DNA of 32,000 nt, from NCBI RefSeq assembly GCF_051307035.1, contig NZ_CP195536.1, positions 2,610,001-2,642,000 of the forward strand. The letters run 5' to 3'. This stretch comes from Psychrobacter sp. DM4. GTDB lineage: Bacteria > Pseudomonadota > Gammaproteobacteria > Pseudomonadales > Moraxellaceae. The notes beneath the pieces are model-generated. The model searched no databases, was not told where the DNA came from, and saw only the letters and a program-made list of their open reading frames with translations. Positions 1 to 9,504 of the stretch are shown piece by piece. The position numbers and the translations under genes are program-made. The first letter of the stretch is position 1; each line of letters starts with the position of its first letter.

Positions 1-621
1 AGTAGCATTGTTGGTCGTTATCACGTTGTGAGCGATCTGCGGCGGCTGTAGGGGCAAATCGTTAATGACTGATATTTCGCGCGCGATACCACGAACACTA
101 AAGCAATCACCGCGATTTGGGGTAATTGAGATATCCAATATTTGATTGTCTAAACCCAAATACTCACGAATATCTATGCCGACTGGTGCATCAGCCGGCA
201 GCTCAAGCAGACCATCAATATTATCAGTCAAATCAATCTCTGATGCACCGCAAAGCATACCGTTAGAGTCAACGCCGCGTAGGTTGCCGTTTTTGATTTT
301 AAAGCCAGTACCATCATCAGAAGGTAGGACCGCACCAACGGTAGCAACGGGTGCTTTCATACCCACATAGACATTAGGCGCACCGCAAACAATTTGTAGC
401 AGCTCAGCTGTACCAATATTGACCTGAGTGACGCGTAGTTTATCGGCATCAGGGTGTGGCTCCATACTGACGACTTCACCGACGACGACACCACTAAAGC
501 TGCGAGCGACTGCAAAGCGATCATCAATCTCAAGCCCTGCCATGGTCAGCTGTTCTGCTAATTGCTCACTAGTATTGTTTGGGTTTACCCATTGACGTAA
601 CCACTGTTCGCTAATTTTCAT
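1..621 (-). CDS. pheT: Phenylalanine--tRNA ligase beta subunit, N-terminal 207 codons (continues past the left edge)
   Basis: A reverse-strand ATG at 621-619 opens an unbroken frame to base 1. My translation is [34 protein letters not shown]...[15 protein letters not shown]...IVCGAPN...[10 protein letters not shown], which matches the conserved PheT N-terminal tRNA-binding domain. It lies directly downstream of pheS, as in pheST operons. It is absent from the ORF track because no stop codon falls inside the window. Confidence 0.93.
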   Translation of the reverse strand, partial: MKISEQWLRQWVNPNNTSEQLAEQLTMAGLEIDDRFAVARSFSGVVVGEVVSMEPHPDADKLRVTQVNIGTAELLQIVCGAPNVYVGMKAPVATVGAVLPSDDGTGFKIKNGNLRGVDSNGMLCGASEIDLTDNIDGLLELPADAPVGIDIREYLGLDNQILDISITPNRGDCFSVRGIAREISVINDLPLQPPQIAHNVITTNNAT

Positions 622-688
622 AAATATCTCGGATCAGAATTTTATAATAAAGATTTTGGATTAAAGGTTGGCGTATAAGTAGTAAAAT

Positions 689-1789
<1,101 letters not shown>

Positions 1790-1896
1790 TTAAGTAAAAT
1801 TTGCAAACTATCTACTTGATAGACTATCTCTTTTCGTATTATAGAAATAAAAGCGAGTCATCAAAAACGGCTCAAACCCTTTAAATGATTTGATAT

Positions 1897-1926
1897 AAAA
1901 AAAGCCACCGACCAGCGGTAGCTTTT
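1897..1926 (-). terminator. Rho-independent terminator downstream of rplT
   Basis: The minus-strand RNA reads AGCUACCG-CUGGU-CGGUGGCU. That is an 8-bp stem with one G-U pair and a 5-nt loop. A run of 7 U follows immediately (plus-strand A-run 1897-1903). It lies about 80 nt after the rplT stop. Confidence 0.75.
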
Positions 1927-2005
1927 ATTAATATTAACCTATTAATGCATATCACTCTTATCTGTTAGACGCTTAGAATTCAAAAATCTAAAGACAGACC
2001 AATAC

Positions 2006-2362
2006 TTATGCTAATTCCGCTTTTGCTTTTTCGACTAAGGCTGTAAAAGTAGCCGCATCATGCATAGCGATGTCAGCTAAAACGCGACGATCGATATCGA
2101 TGTTGGCTTTTTTCATACCATTGATAAAGCGGCTATAACTTAAACCGTTTAAGCGTGCGCCAGCATTGATACGTGCAATCCAAAGACGACGGAACGAACG
2201 TTTTTTGTTGCGACGGTCACGATAAGCATATTGACCAGCTTTGGTCACTGCCTGTACCGCTACGCGATAAACACGTGAACGGGCACCGTAGTAGCCTTTT
2301 GCACGTTTTAAGATTTTTTTGTGACGGCGATTCGCCTGTACACCACGTTTTACACGGGCCAT
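2006..2362 (-). CDS. rplT: 50S ribosomal protein L20
   Basis: 118 aa: [39 protein letters not shown]...[13 protein letters not shown], the canonical L20 sequence. It is adjacent to rpmI. Confidence 0.97.
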   Translation of the reverse strand: MARVKRGVQANRRHKKILKRAKGYYGARSRVYRVAVQAVTKAGQYAYRDRRNKKRSFRRLWIARINAGARLNGLSYSRFINGMKKANIDIDRRVLADIAMHDAATFTALVEKAKAELA

Positions 2363-2417
2363 AAATTACTCCAAGAATTTTAATGTAAGGTCAGCAATAT
2401 CAAGCTGCAAAGATCGA

Positions 2418-2615
2418 TTAGATGTATGGGCACATGCGACGAACAGCTGCTTCGTCAGATTTGTCCACCATCTTAAGACCACGCAACTGGCGAATACGCT
2501 TAGCTGATTTCTTGGTCAAGATATGGCTTTTAAAGGCTTGCTTACGCTTAAAGCCATTTGCTGTTTTTTTGAAGCGTTTAGCTGCACCGCTTCTGGTTTT
2601 CATCTTAACTTTCAT
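2418..2615 (-). CDS. rpmI: 50S ribosomal protein L35
   Basis: 65 aa: [46 protein letters not shown], the canonical L35. It lies 55 bp upstream of rplT. The start could be either of the two N-terminal Met codons. Confidence 0.95.
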   Translation of the reverse strand: MKVKMKTRSGAAKRFKKTANGFKRKQAFKSHILTKKSAKRIRQLRGLKMVDKSDEAAVRRMCPYI

Positions 2616-3037
2616 GATGAGTTGCCTCTTTGTCTTTGATAGAACCTGGTCGTCAAATAGTCAATAACGAATAGTTGCTACATCAATAGCCCCTAATCTC
2701 TATTTGCCTCGAGGTGGGAGGCGCTATTTTAGCAGATGGTACGCTGTTTTGCCAAGGAAAGTTTATAAGTCATTATTATGAATAATAGATTGAATTTATA
2801 ATGTCATTTTGGGCTGTTATTATGCATTTAATCATTATATAAATAGGGCATCAGGTATACTTATATTTTTCACACACTATAAAACACGATCTATATTCAG
2901 TAGGATTTCTACCTCTACTGATTTTATAAATTTAGTTTGCTGAGTCAATCTGTCATAGCTTAGTATAGGGAGGCCACAAAAAGTCGGTTTTTGTATTATT
3001 TAAAAGCGCACATACCTAAAACTATTGGGAGAAAACG

Positions 3038-3481
3038 TTGTCAAGCCAATCGTTGGTGTTAGATGACAGAGTGTTTGTGTTCGAGACGCTGTTACACGTT
3101 CGGGCAATTGAGGTCAATATTAACCAATATTTGACCCTTGAGTCTTTGAGCGCATTACTAGTGGAGGCCAGAGAGCAGTTTTTGCACTTTAAGGGCGTTA
3201 AAGACATTAGCGGCGCTCACCAAGGTCTGGTCGTTGACAAATTGCAAGTGCATATTATTAGTCGAGCACGTGTACGAGAAGCGCTGCTATTTGAGGTCGG
3301 TATCGAACAGGTAGAGGATAATGGTGGCAGCATAGCGATTAGAGTGGTTCGCATGTCTGATAACTCTCTGATCGCAAAATCTCGGCAACACTTTGTCAAT
3401 TATGATTATCGTTTGCAAAAAATCACCACTATCGATGAGACATTGAAACAGTTGCTAACCCCAAAACCTTTTCTCCCTTAA
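3038..3481 (+). CDS. Hypothetical protein, hotdog-fold thioesterase-like
   Basis: A 147-aa ORF with a TTG start and a strong SD (GGGAGA, 6 nt upstream). There is no in-frame ATG until late in the ORF. The N-terminal pattern F.F...L.VR..EV......L....L..LL.EAR.QFL...G resembles the 4HBT/YbgC hotdog thioesterase N-terminus, and the remainder has strand-rich hotdog-like periodicity. The family assignment was made by eye only. Confidence 0.5.
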   Translation: MSSQSLVLDDRVFVFETLLHVRAIEVNINQYLTLESLSALLVEAREQFLHFKGVKDISGAHQGLVVDKLQVHIISRARVREALLFEVGIEQVEDNGGSIAIRVVRMSDNSLIAKSRQHFVNYDYRLQKITTIDETLKQLLTPKPFLP

Positions 3482-3529
3482 CTCTCTCCTATTTATCTAT
3501 TTTTCACTACAAGATGTTTTAAGGTTTTG

Positions 3530-3577
3530 GTATTTGAGCTTTAGTACATTTGCACTTTATTGTATTTGCACTTTATT
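3530..3577. repeat. Tandem direct repeat, 3 x 16 bp
   Basis: The units are gtatttgagctttagt (3530-3545), acatttgcactttatt (3546-3561) and gtatttgcactttatt (3562-3577). The last two copies are identical over 14 nt. Confidence 0.85.
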
Positions 3578-3602
3578 AAAAGCTCTCCAGGATATATTGT
3601 GT

Positions 3603-3662
3603 GCATTTAGATTAAGAGTATTTAGATCAAGAGTATTTAGATTAAAGGTATCGATAATTGAA
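3603..3662. repeat. Tandem direct repeat, 3 good copies plus 1 degenerate copy of 15 bp
   Basis: The units are gcatttagattaaga (3603-3617), gtatttagatcaaga (3618-3632), gtatttagattaaag (3633-3647) and gtatcgataattgaa (3648-3662). They share the GTATTT head with the 16-bp array 25 bp upstream. Confidence 0.85.
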
Positions 3663-3751
3663 CCTATTGATTATCAAAATACTTGATTGATTATTACATT
3701 TATATCTTGAACCACCCTCTTTTTTACTTATTGATTATAAGACCGCGAACT

Positions 3752-4600
3752 ATGACCTTACCTGCTTGGCTTAACGCTATAACTTTTAATGCCGATGGCT
3801 TAATTCCTGCTATCGCCCAAGATCAAACGTCAGGACGTATTTTGATGATGGCGTGGATGAACAGCGATGCGTTACAACTGACGGCACAAACACAAACAGC
3901 CGTTTACTATTCGCGCTCGCGCGCCAAGTTGTGGCACAAGGGGGAAACCTCAGGTCATACGCAGCTCGTACACGATATCCGCTTAGATTGTGATGCTGAC
4001 GTCATTGTCCTTAGTGTCACGCAGATAGGCGGTATTGCCTGTCATACGGGACGCGAGTCGTGCTTTTATCAGCGTTTAGACTTGTCAGGCTCAGAGCCTC
4101 AATGGGAAAGCGTGGACAAAGTACTAAAAGATCCTGCTGATATCTATAGCGCAATGTCTGATCATTCTGCTGACTCTAAAACTACAAGCTCTAAAACTAC
4201 GAGCTCTAATGATAAAGATAAGAGTAGTCCGCAAAACAAGCCTTCTGATAGCTCTATTTTGACGCAGTTAGATCAAGTTCTCACAGAACGCAAAAATGCG
4301 AGCTCGGATCAGTCATACGTCGCCAGTTTGCATGCTAAGGGTTTAAATAAAATCTTAGAAAAAGTTGGTGAAGAAGCGATCGAAGCGATCATCGCCGCCA
4401 AAGATTTGGCACATTGTGATAAAAATATTGACTTATCATCGTACGACAAGGCTCAGAAAGAACTGGTGTATGAGGTAGCTGACGTCTGGTTCCATACTTT
4501 AATTGGGCTATCTTGGTTCGATATTGAATCTGAAGCGGTACTATCTGAGCTCGGTCGGCGCTTTGGCTTATCTGGTATCGATGAAAAAGCAGCACGCTAA
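3752..4600 (+). CDS. hisIE: Bifunctional phosphoribosyl-AMP cyclohydrolase / phosphoribosyl-ATP pyrophosphatase (HisI-HisE fusion)
   Basis: One continuous frame. The N-terminal half carries HisI motifs ([50 protein letters not shown]). The C-terminal half carries HisE/MazG-like motifs ([48 protein letters not shown]). The likely start is the ATG at 3752 (MTLPAWLN). The track start at 3683 is a TTG in AT-rich DNA. Confidence 0.9.
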   Translation: MTLPAWLNAITFNADGLIPAIAQDQTSGRILMMAWMNSDALQLTAQTQTAVYYSRSRAKLWHKGETSGHTQLVHDIRLDCDADVIVLSVTQIGGIACHTGRESCFYQRLDLSGSEPQWESVDKVLKDPADIYSAMSDHSADSKTTSSKTTSSNDKDKSSPQNKPSDSSILTQLDQVLTERKNASSDQSYVASLHAKGLNKILEKVGEEAIEAIIAAKDLAHCDKNIDLSSYDKAQKELVYEVADVWFHTLIGLSWFDIESEAVLSELGRRFGLSGIDEKAAR

Positions 4601-4642
4601 CCGAATTGACGCTAAAGGGTAAGAATAAGCAAATACTTTGGA

Positions 4643-4651
4643 TGCTATAAT
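4643..4651 (+). promoter_or_regulatory. Candidate extended -10 promoter element for tatABC
   Basis: The sequence TGcTATAAT lies at 4643-4651, about 43 nt upstream of the tatA ATG in the hisIE-tatA spacer. No good -35 hexamer is present, which is consistent with an extended -10 type. This is a sequence match only. Confidence 0.35.
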
Positions 4652-4693
4652 ACAGGCAAGTTTCATTTAGATATCAGACATAAGGATACGACT

Positions 4694-4969
4694 ATGGGCA
4701 GTTTTTCTATTACGCATTGGCTGATTTTGTTGGTGGTGGTGGTGATTGTGTTCGGTACCTCCAAACTCAGAAATGCAGGCAAAGATCTAGGCGGCGCGGT
4801 CAAAGGCTTCAAAGAAGCGGTTAAAGACGAAGATTTAGAACATCAAAAAAAACACCGTGTGCTCAATCATGATATTAGCTCACAAAAGGCTGATGGCGTG
4901 AATGCGGGTACTAGAGTGGATGAAGTCGCAACCCCTATCAGTACTGATAACGAAAACCCTAGAGTATAA
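4694..4969 (+). CDS. tatA: Twin-arginine translocase subunit TatA
   Basis: [42 protein letters not shown] is the TatA/E TM helix, hinge and amphipathic-helix signature. It is the first gene of a tatABC cluster. Confidence 0.93.
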   Translation: MGSFSITHWLILLVVVVIVFGTSKLRNAGKDLGGAVKGFKEAVKDEDLEHQKKHRVLNHDISSQKADGVNAGTRVDEVATPISTDNENPRV

Positions 4970-5036
4970 AGCGCATCCATTTATTCTGACGTTTGCCTTT
5001 AACCAGTGATGCCTGACTACTAGATGCTTGACTACT

Positions 5037-5690
5037 ATGTTTGATATTGGATTCTCTGAGCTACTCCTATTCGGCGTTATTGCCTTGATCGTTTTGGGGC
5101 CAGAAAAGCTGCCTCAAGCGGCTCGTACGGCAGGTCAATGGTATAGCAAACTACGCCGTACGATATCAACGCTGCAGTCAGAGATTGAGGCTGAACTTGA
5201 TTTGGCTGAAACACGGCAACTGATGCAAAAAGAGCTTGCCAAAATACGTGAAACAGAAGCTGAAATGCGCCGCGAGATAACAGAGATGCGCGGTAGTATG
5301 AAAGAGTTTGAATCGTCACAAAACCAAAGTATTCGCACAAAAGACGGTGATATAAAGGAAAATACTGAAGAAGGTAGCACCGAGCAAGATTTGTCTGTCG
5401 AGCCTGATTACAGCTATCACGCAGAAGCCTCTCAAACACCACGCTCTGCCCTTTCATCTAAAACAAATTCAAAGACTGAAAAAACGACACAAAATGCGCA
5501 GCCCATTATCACGCGCCCTTGGGAGAATATGTGGTTTCGTCTTGGCGCTTACGATAAAGCTCGGCGTCTGCCTGCCCCGCCCTATCTACCCAATTATCAA
5601 GCTGACGTCTTATTGCATATTGACTCAAGCAAGACCTCTACTCACAAGACGCATGCTCCTGCCTCTATAACCACCTCGGAGGCTGATTGA
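5037..5690 (+). CDS. tatB: Twin-arginine translocase subunit TatB
   Basis: MFDIGFSELLLFGVIALIVLGPEKLPQAARTAGQWYSKLRR is the canonical TatB N-terminus. The ATG at 5037 is preferred over the TTG at 5028. A long low-complexity C-terminal tail follows. Confidence 0.92.
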   Translation: MFDIGFSELLLFGVIALIVLGPEKLPQAARTAGQWYSKLRRTISTLQSEIEAELDLAETRQLMQKELAKIRETEAEMRREITEMRGSMKEFESSQNQSIRTKDGDIKENTEEGSTEQDLSVEPDYSYHAEASQTPRSALSSKTNSKTEKTTQNAQPIITRPWENMWFRLGAYDKARRLPAPPYLPNYQADVLLHIDSSKTSTHKTHAPASITTSEAD

Positions 5691-6541
5691 TGAAACTGTT
5701 CAAACGGCAAAAAAGTCGCCAAGAAAAAATAGCGACTGATGAGGATATTACGTCAACAGGTGACTTATCAGGCTCGCTTGCTGATATGCCTATCACCGAG
5801 CACTTGATTGAGTTGCGAGCACATTTAATTAAGATTTGCGCAGCTGTCCTAATCATATTTTTGGTGCTAGTTGGGTTCTCACGCGAGCTGTATGATTTTT
5901 TGTCAGATCCGCTAGTGGCGCAATTACCTGCTAACTCAACGATGATCGCCACCGATATCACTTCAAACTTTATGGCGCCGATACGCTTAACTATATTTGT
6001 CGCCGCGTTTTTCGCTATGCCCTATATTTTGTATCAGATATGGTCTTTTGTCGCGCCAGGACTGTACAAAAAAGAAAAGAAGGTCGCTATCCCTGTTCTC
6101 TTCTCTTCTATCTTTTTGTTTTATGCAGGCGTGGCTTTTGCCTATTTTGTTGTACTCAAAGGTGTGCTCAAATTCTTTATTGTGTTTGCGCCGCAAAACG
6201 TGTTACCGATGACAGATATCGATAGCTATTTGAGCTTTGCCTTAAAGCTATTTATGGTGTTTGGCGTGACCTTTGAGATTCCAGTGGTCACTTTGCTGTT
6301 GATATTGGCCGGTATTGTCTCCATTGACAGCCTAGAAGATAAGCGCCGTTATATTATCGTCGGCTGTTTTGCGGTTGCTGCGGTGGTGACGCCGCCCGAT
6401 GGCGTCTCTATGCTAATGCTCGCTTTTCCGATGTGGTTATTGTTTGAGCTGGGATTATTTTTGGCAAAAATACTGATAAAAGATGAATCCAAAAAAGAGA
6501 TTAGCGCTGATTCGACAGCAGCGGTCAAATTAGATAAGTAA
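5690..6541 (+). CDS. tatC: Twin-arginine translocase subunit TatC
   Basis: A polytopic membrane protein with PITEHLIELRAHLIK, FMAPIRLTIFVAAFFAMPYILYQIWSFVAPGLY and TPPD motifs. The ATG at 5690 overlaps the tatB TGA (TGATG), which indicates translational coupling. Confidence 0.94.
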   Translation: MKLFKRQKSRQEKIATDEDITSTGDLSGSLADMPITEHLIELRAHLIKICAAVLIIFLVLVGFSRELYDFLSDPLVAQLPANSTMIATDITSNFMAPIRLTIFVAAFFAMPYILYQIWSFVAPGLYKKEKKVAIPVLFSSIFLFYAGVAFAYFVVLKGVLKFFIVFAPQNVLPMTDIDSYLSFALKLFMVFGVTFEIPVVTLLLILAGIVSIDSLEDKRRYIIVGCFAVAAVVTPPDGVSMLMLAFPMWLLFELGLFLAKILIKDESKKEISADSTAAVKLDK

Positions 6542-6657
6542 ATGAGCTTGATCATCTTTTGACTTAAAGTCCCTCAGGCAATCTGCTACTATAGCTTAGA
6601 CTCTTTATCCTTTTACTTTCCACTACTTTAGTCATTTATACTATGAATTGCACCTTA

Positions 6658-6684
6658 GCCATTGCCGATACAGTGGCTTTTTTT
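6658..6684 (+). terminator. Rho-independent terminator after tatC
   Basis: gccattg-ccgata-cagtggc forms a 7-bp stem (one G-U pair) with a 6-nt loop. TTTTTTT follows at 6678-6684. Confidence 0.7.
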
Positions 6685-6715
6685 GCCCCTGCTATTTTGC
6701 TCATTTTGCAATACT

Positions 6716-6799
6716 CTAGCTTTAATACTTAAGCCCTGATACTCAAGCTTCAATACTTAAGCTTTAAAGATTCAGCTTCAATACCCTAGGTAACTTCTA
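6716..6799. repeat. Tandem direct repeat, 3 x 28 bp, abutting the helicase start codon
   Basis: Aligned at a 28-bp period the units are ctAGCTTtAATACTTAAGCcctgatact, caAGCTTcAATACTTAAGCtttaaagat and tcAGCTTcAATACcctAGgtaacttcta. The 17-nt core is nearly identical in copies 1 and 2. Copy 3 runs into the ATG at 6799. Confidence 0.8.
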
Positions 6800-8295
6800 T
6801 GTCCGCATCTATGCCCGCTTATATGAGCGACCCTACCGAAGAGCAATTAAACGCGCTCAATATGGCGATGGATCAAAAGTCATTCAAAGTGGTGGCTTAT
6901 GCGGGTGCAGGTAAGACTACGACGCTCAAGCTCATCGGGGAGCGTTTGCGCGGGCGTGGCTTATATTTAGCTTTTAACAAAGCGATTGCCAATGATGCGC
7001 GCGCCAAATTCCCCTCACATGTAGACTGCCGTACCTTTCATTCCTTGGCTTATCGGCATGTACCGCGTGATATTACGGCAAAGTTATCGCTACCTAGATT
7101 TTCACCTAAACGCTTAGGCGATGATTTGGGCTTGCAGCCGGTACAAGTACGTCGGCAAATGGATGGCGTCAATAAATACATTACTTTGACCCCAGCGCGC
7201 CTTGCACGTTTTGTCAGTGATGCGGTGAGTAATTTTTGTAGCACGCACGCCAGCTATCCTGCGCCAAGGCATATCCTGTTCCCCAGTTGGCTTGATGATT
7301 CAGACGCCGAACAACTGCGTGAGATGCTCTACCCTGCTGTCGAGCAGCGTTGGCTACAGTCGATTGATGCCCGCCATCCTGCGGGTATCGGTCATGACAT
7401 TTACCTTAAACTTTGGGCGCTCTCAAAGCCGAGCATCCCTGCTGACTTTATCTTATTTGATGAAGCACAAGATGCAGATCCCCTAATGATGGGTATCTTG
7501 ACTCAGCAGCCACGGCAGGTCATCTATGTCGGGGACGCTCATCAGCAGATATATGAGTGGCGCGGCGCGGTCAATGCGATGAAAAAGCTGCCATTGCCGC
7601 AGACTCTATTGACACAGTCGTTTCGCTTTGGTGAACCTATCGCTGAGGTGGCCAATACTTTGCTCAAAGCCTTGCAAGAAGACGTGCCTCTAAAGGGCAA
7701 TCCTGCTAGGCAGTCCTCCACTGAAAAAGGCATGGTACATAGCAAAAAGGACGCCATTCTCTGCCGCACCAATGCGGCTGCCATGGCGCAGCTCCTGACA
7801 GGGTTGAAACTTGGGCACCGCGTCGCCTTACAAGCCGATACCGATCGCATGCTCAAATTCTGTCAGGCGGCTGAGAATCTAAAAAATGGCAAGTCCGCCT
7901 ATGGTGTGCCAGAGCTGGCCTACTTCTATAACTGGTCTGATGTACAAGAGTACTCAGAAACCAACGAAGGGAGCGATCTCAAAACTCTAGTGAAACTGGT
8001 CGATGATCATGGCACTAATGTCTTGACGCAAGCGGTCAACAGTTTGACGCGTATTGAAAATGCTGATTATGTTATCTCTACTGCGCACAAAGCCAAAGGT
8101 CTAGAATGGGGCAAAGTGCAATTGGATGATGACTTCTATTACGATGTGACGACCAACGGTATTAAGATTAGCCCTGAAGAATTACGATTATTGTATGTTG
8201 CCTGCACTCGCGCTCAAGCCAATTTAGATATTCATCACATTAAAGATTTGATATTAGGATTGCAGTCGGGGAAGAAGGTAATTTTAAGCAAATAA
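6799..8295 (+). CDS. Superfamily 1 UvrD/Rep-like DNA helicase, compact (498 aa), no fused accessory domain recognised
   Basis: A full SF1 motif set is visible: AYAGAGKTTTL (Walker A/I), ILFDEAQDADP (II), YVGDAHQQIYEWRGA (III), QSFRFG (IV), STAHKAKGLEW (V) and LLYVACTRAQ (VI). No nuclease, methylase or other partner gene is adjacent. Confidence 0.85.
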   Translation: MSASMPAYMSDPTEEQLNALNMAMDQKSFKVVAYAGAGKTTTLKLIGERLRGRGLYLAFNKAIANDARAKFPSHVDCRTFHSLAYRHVPRDITAKLSLPRFSPKRLGDDLGLQPVQVRRQMDGVNKYITLTPARLARFVSDAVSNFCSTHASYPAPRHILFPSWLDDSDAEQLREMLYPAVEQRWLQSIDARHPAGIGHDIYLKLWALSKPSIPADFILFDEAQDADPLMMGILTQQPRQVIYVGDAHQQIYEWRGAVNAMKKLPLPQTLLTQSFRFGEPIAEVANTLLKALQEDVPLKGNPARQSSTEKGMVHSKKDAILCRTNAAAMAQLLTGLKLGHRVALQADTDRMLKFCQAAENLKNGKSAYGVPELAYFYNWSDVQEYSETNEGSDLKTLVKLVDDHGTNVLTQAVNSLTRIENADYVISTAHKAKGLEWGKVQLDDDFYYDVTTNGIKISPEELRLLYVACTRAQANLDIHHIKDLILGLQSGKKVILSK

Positions 8296-8399
8296 ACAGC
8301 TTTAATAATATTAAAAGCGATGAAAAAGGCTTCCCTTGAATCCTACTAATATTATTAATACATCACTACGTATTTACATATAACCATGAATATATACCG

Positions 8400-9428
8400 A
8401 TGAATAGAGACGACCAGCAGACTTTCTTACCAGGGCAACCAGACCACCTACAAAATTTATTCAATAGCCCCGTCCGCCTTCTTGCGCCAATGGAAGGCTT
8501 GACCGACCCCTTGATGCGGCAAATCTTGACGCAAATTGCGACTGATTTAGGTCGCCCTTATGATTGGTCAGTGAGTGAATTCATTCGGGTCACACAGCAC
8601 CTCTTGCCCGCGCATGTTTTTTATCGCTATGTGCCAGAGCTACATCATAATGCAAAGACTTCCTGTGGTACGCCTATTCATATTCAACTGCTTGGTAGTG
8701 AAGCGCAGCTCATGGCAGAAAATGCTGCTTATGCTTGCGAGCTTGGCGCACCCGCTATCGATATTAATTTTGGTTGTCCCGCCAAAACTGTCAATAGTCA
8801 TCGGGGCGGTTCAGTATTACTTGATGAACCTGAAGTCTTATATGACATTATTAGCACGGTAAGAAAAGCTGTGCCCGCTCATATTCCAGTATCAGCAAAG
8901 ATACGTTTGGGTTATACCGATACCAGTCGCATCGATGATATACGCGGAGCGATTGACGCTAGTGGCGCAAATTGGCTAACCATTCATGCCCGCACCAAAA
9001 CCCAAGGCTATAAGCCGCCCGCTTACTGGGAAAAAATTCAGAGCTTTAATCGCTTAGATATACCCGTGATTGCCAATGGTGAAATATGGACAAGCGCGCA
9101 GGCGCAAAACTGTATGACGCAGTCAGGAACTCAGCATTTGATGCTCGGTCGCGGCGCGGTGACGCGTCCAGATTTAATTGCTCAAGTTGATGCCAAAGAA
9201 GATAATCCAGACAGAAATAAACTAGCATGGCATGATTTAACGACACATCAAATTGCGTTTTTGCAGGGGCAAGCCAAAAACGATATTGTACTTGTCGGTC
9301 GCTATAAGCAGTGGCTTGGAATGCTGACCAAGGGCTATAACGAGGCTCAGCCACTGTGGAATAGCGTCAAACGCGAAAAGGATAAAAACGCTATTATCGA
9401 GGCAATAAAGCAAAGTAGTTGTGTATAA
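8400..9428 (+). CDS. dusC: tRNA-dihydrouridine synthase C
   Basis: The translation is collinear with DusC along its whole length: LLAPMEGLTDPLMRQILT, SEFIRV, IHIQLLGS, DINFGCPAKTVN, VSAKIRLG, LTIHARTK.QGY, IPVIANGEIW, LMLGRGA, YKQWLGML.KGY. Confidence 0.85.
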   Translation: MNRDDQQTFLPGQPDHLQNLFNSPVRLLAPMEGLTDPLMRQILTQIATDLGRPYDWSVSEFIRVTQHLLPAHVFYRYVPELHHNAKTSCGTPIHIQLLGSEAQLMAENAAYACELGAPAIDINFGCPAKTVNSHRGGSVLLDEPEVLYDIISTVRKAVPAHIPVSAKIRLGYTDTSRIDDIRGAIDASGANWLTIHARTKTQGYKPPAYWEKIQSFNRLDIPVIANGEIWTSAQAQNCMTQSGTQHLMLGRGAVTRPDLIAQVDAKEDNPDRNKLAWHDLTTHQIAFLQGQAKNDIVLVGRYKQWLGMLTKGYNEAQPLWNSVKREKDKNAIIEAIKQSSCV

Positions 9429-9504
9429 ACATACGCGTTAACGAATAGTTGTTTTAGGAGTAAAAAAGTAATTATTAGTCAGTTATAACAGTAACTACTA
9501 TGCC

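Noticed and set aside
146-370. 74-aa plus-strand ORF
   Set aside because: It lies entirely antisense to the well-supported pheT frame. Its composition is low-complexity Ser/Pro-rich and it has no SD.
3530-3662. Possible CRISPR array (also considered for 6716-6799)
   Set aside because: The repeats are contiguous with no unique spacers (15-16 bp units), or have only about 11 bp between 17-bp cores. There are only 3-4 copies, no cas genes, and the units are far shorter than CRISPR repeats.
5077-5457. 126-aa and 81-aa minus-strand ORFs antisense to tatB (also 5665-5961, 5987-6196 and 6349-6555 antisense to tatC)
   Set aside because: They are shadow ORFs opposite strongly supported tat genes, with no independent signals.
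7542-7856. 104-aa minus-strand ORF inside the helicase gene (plus 7050-7244 and 7292-7486)
   Set aside because: They are antisense or out of frame to a gene with all SF1 motifs in order. Their composition is Cys/Arg-rich and nonsensical.
6799-8295. Helicase as GajB of a Gabija defence system
   Set aside because: No OLD/ATPase-TOPRIM (GajA) gene or any other defence gene is adjacent. The flanks are tatC and dusC. A defence role cannot be supported from this window.
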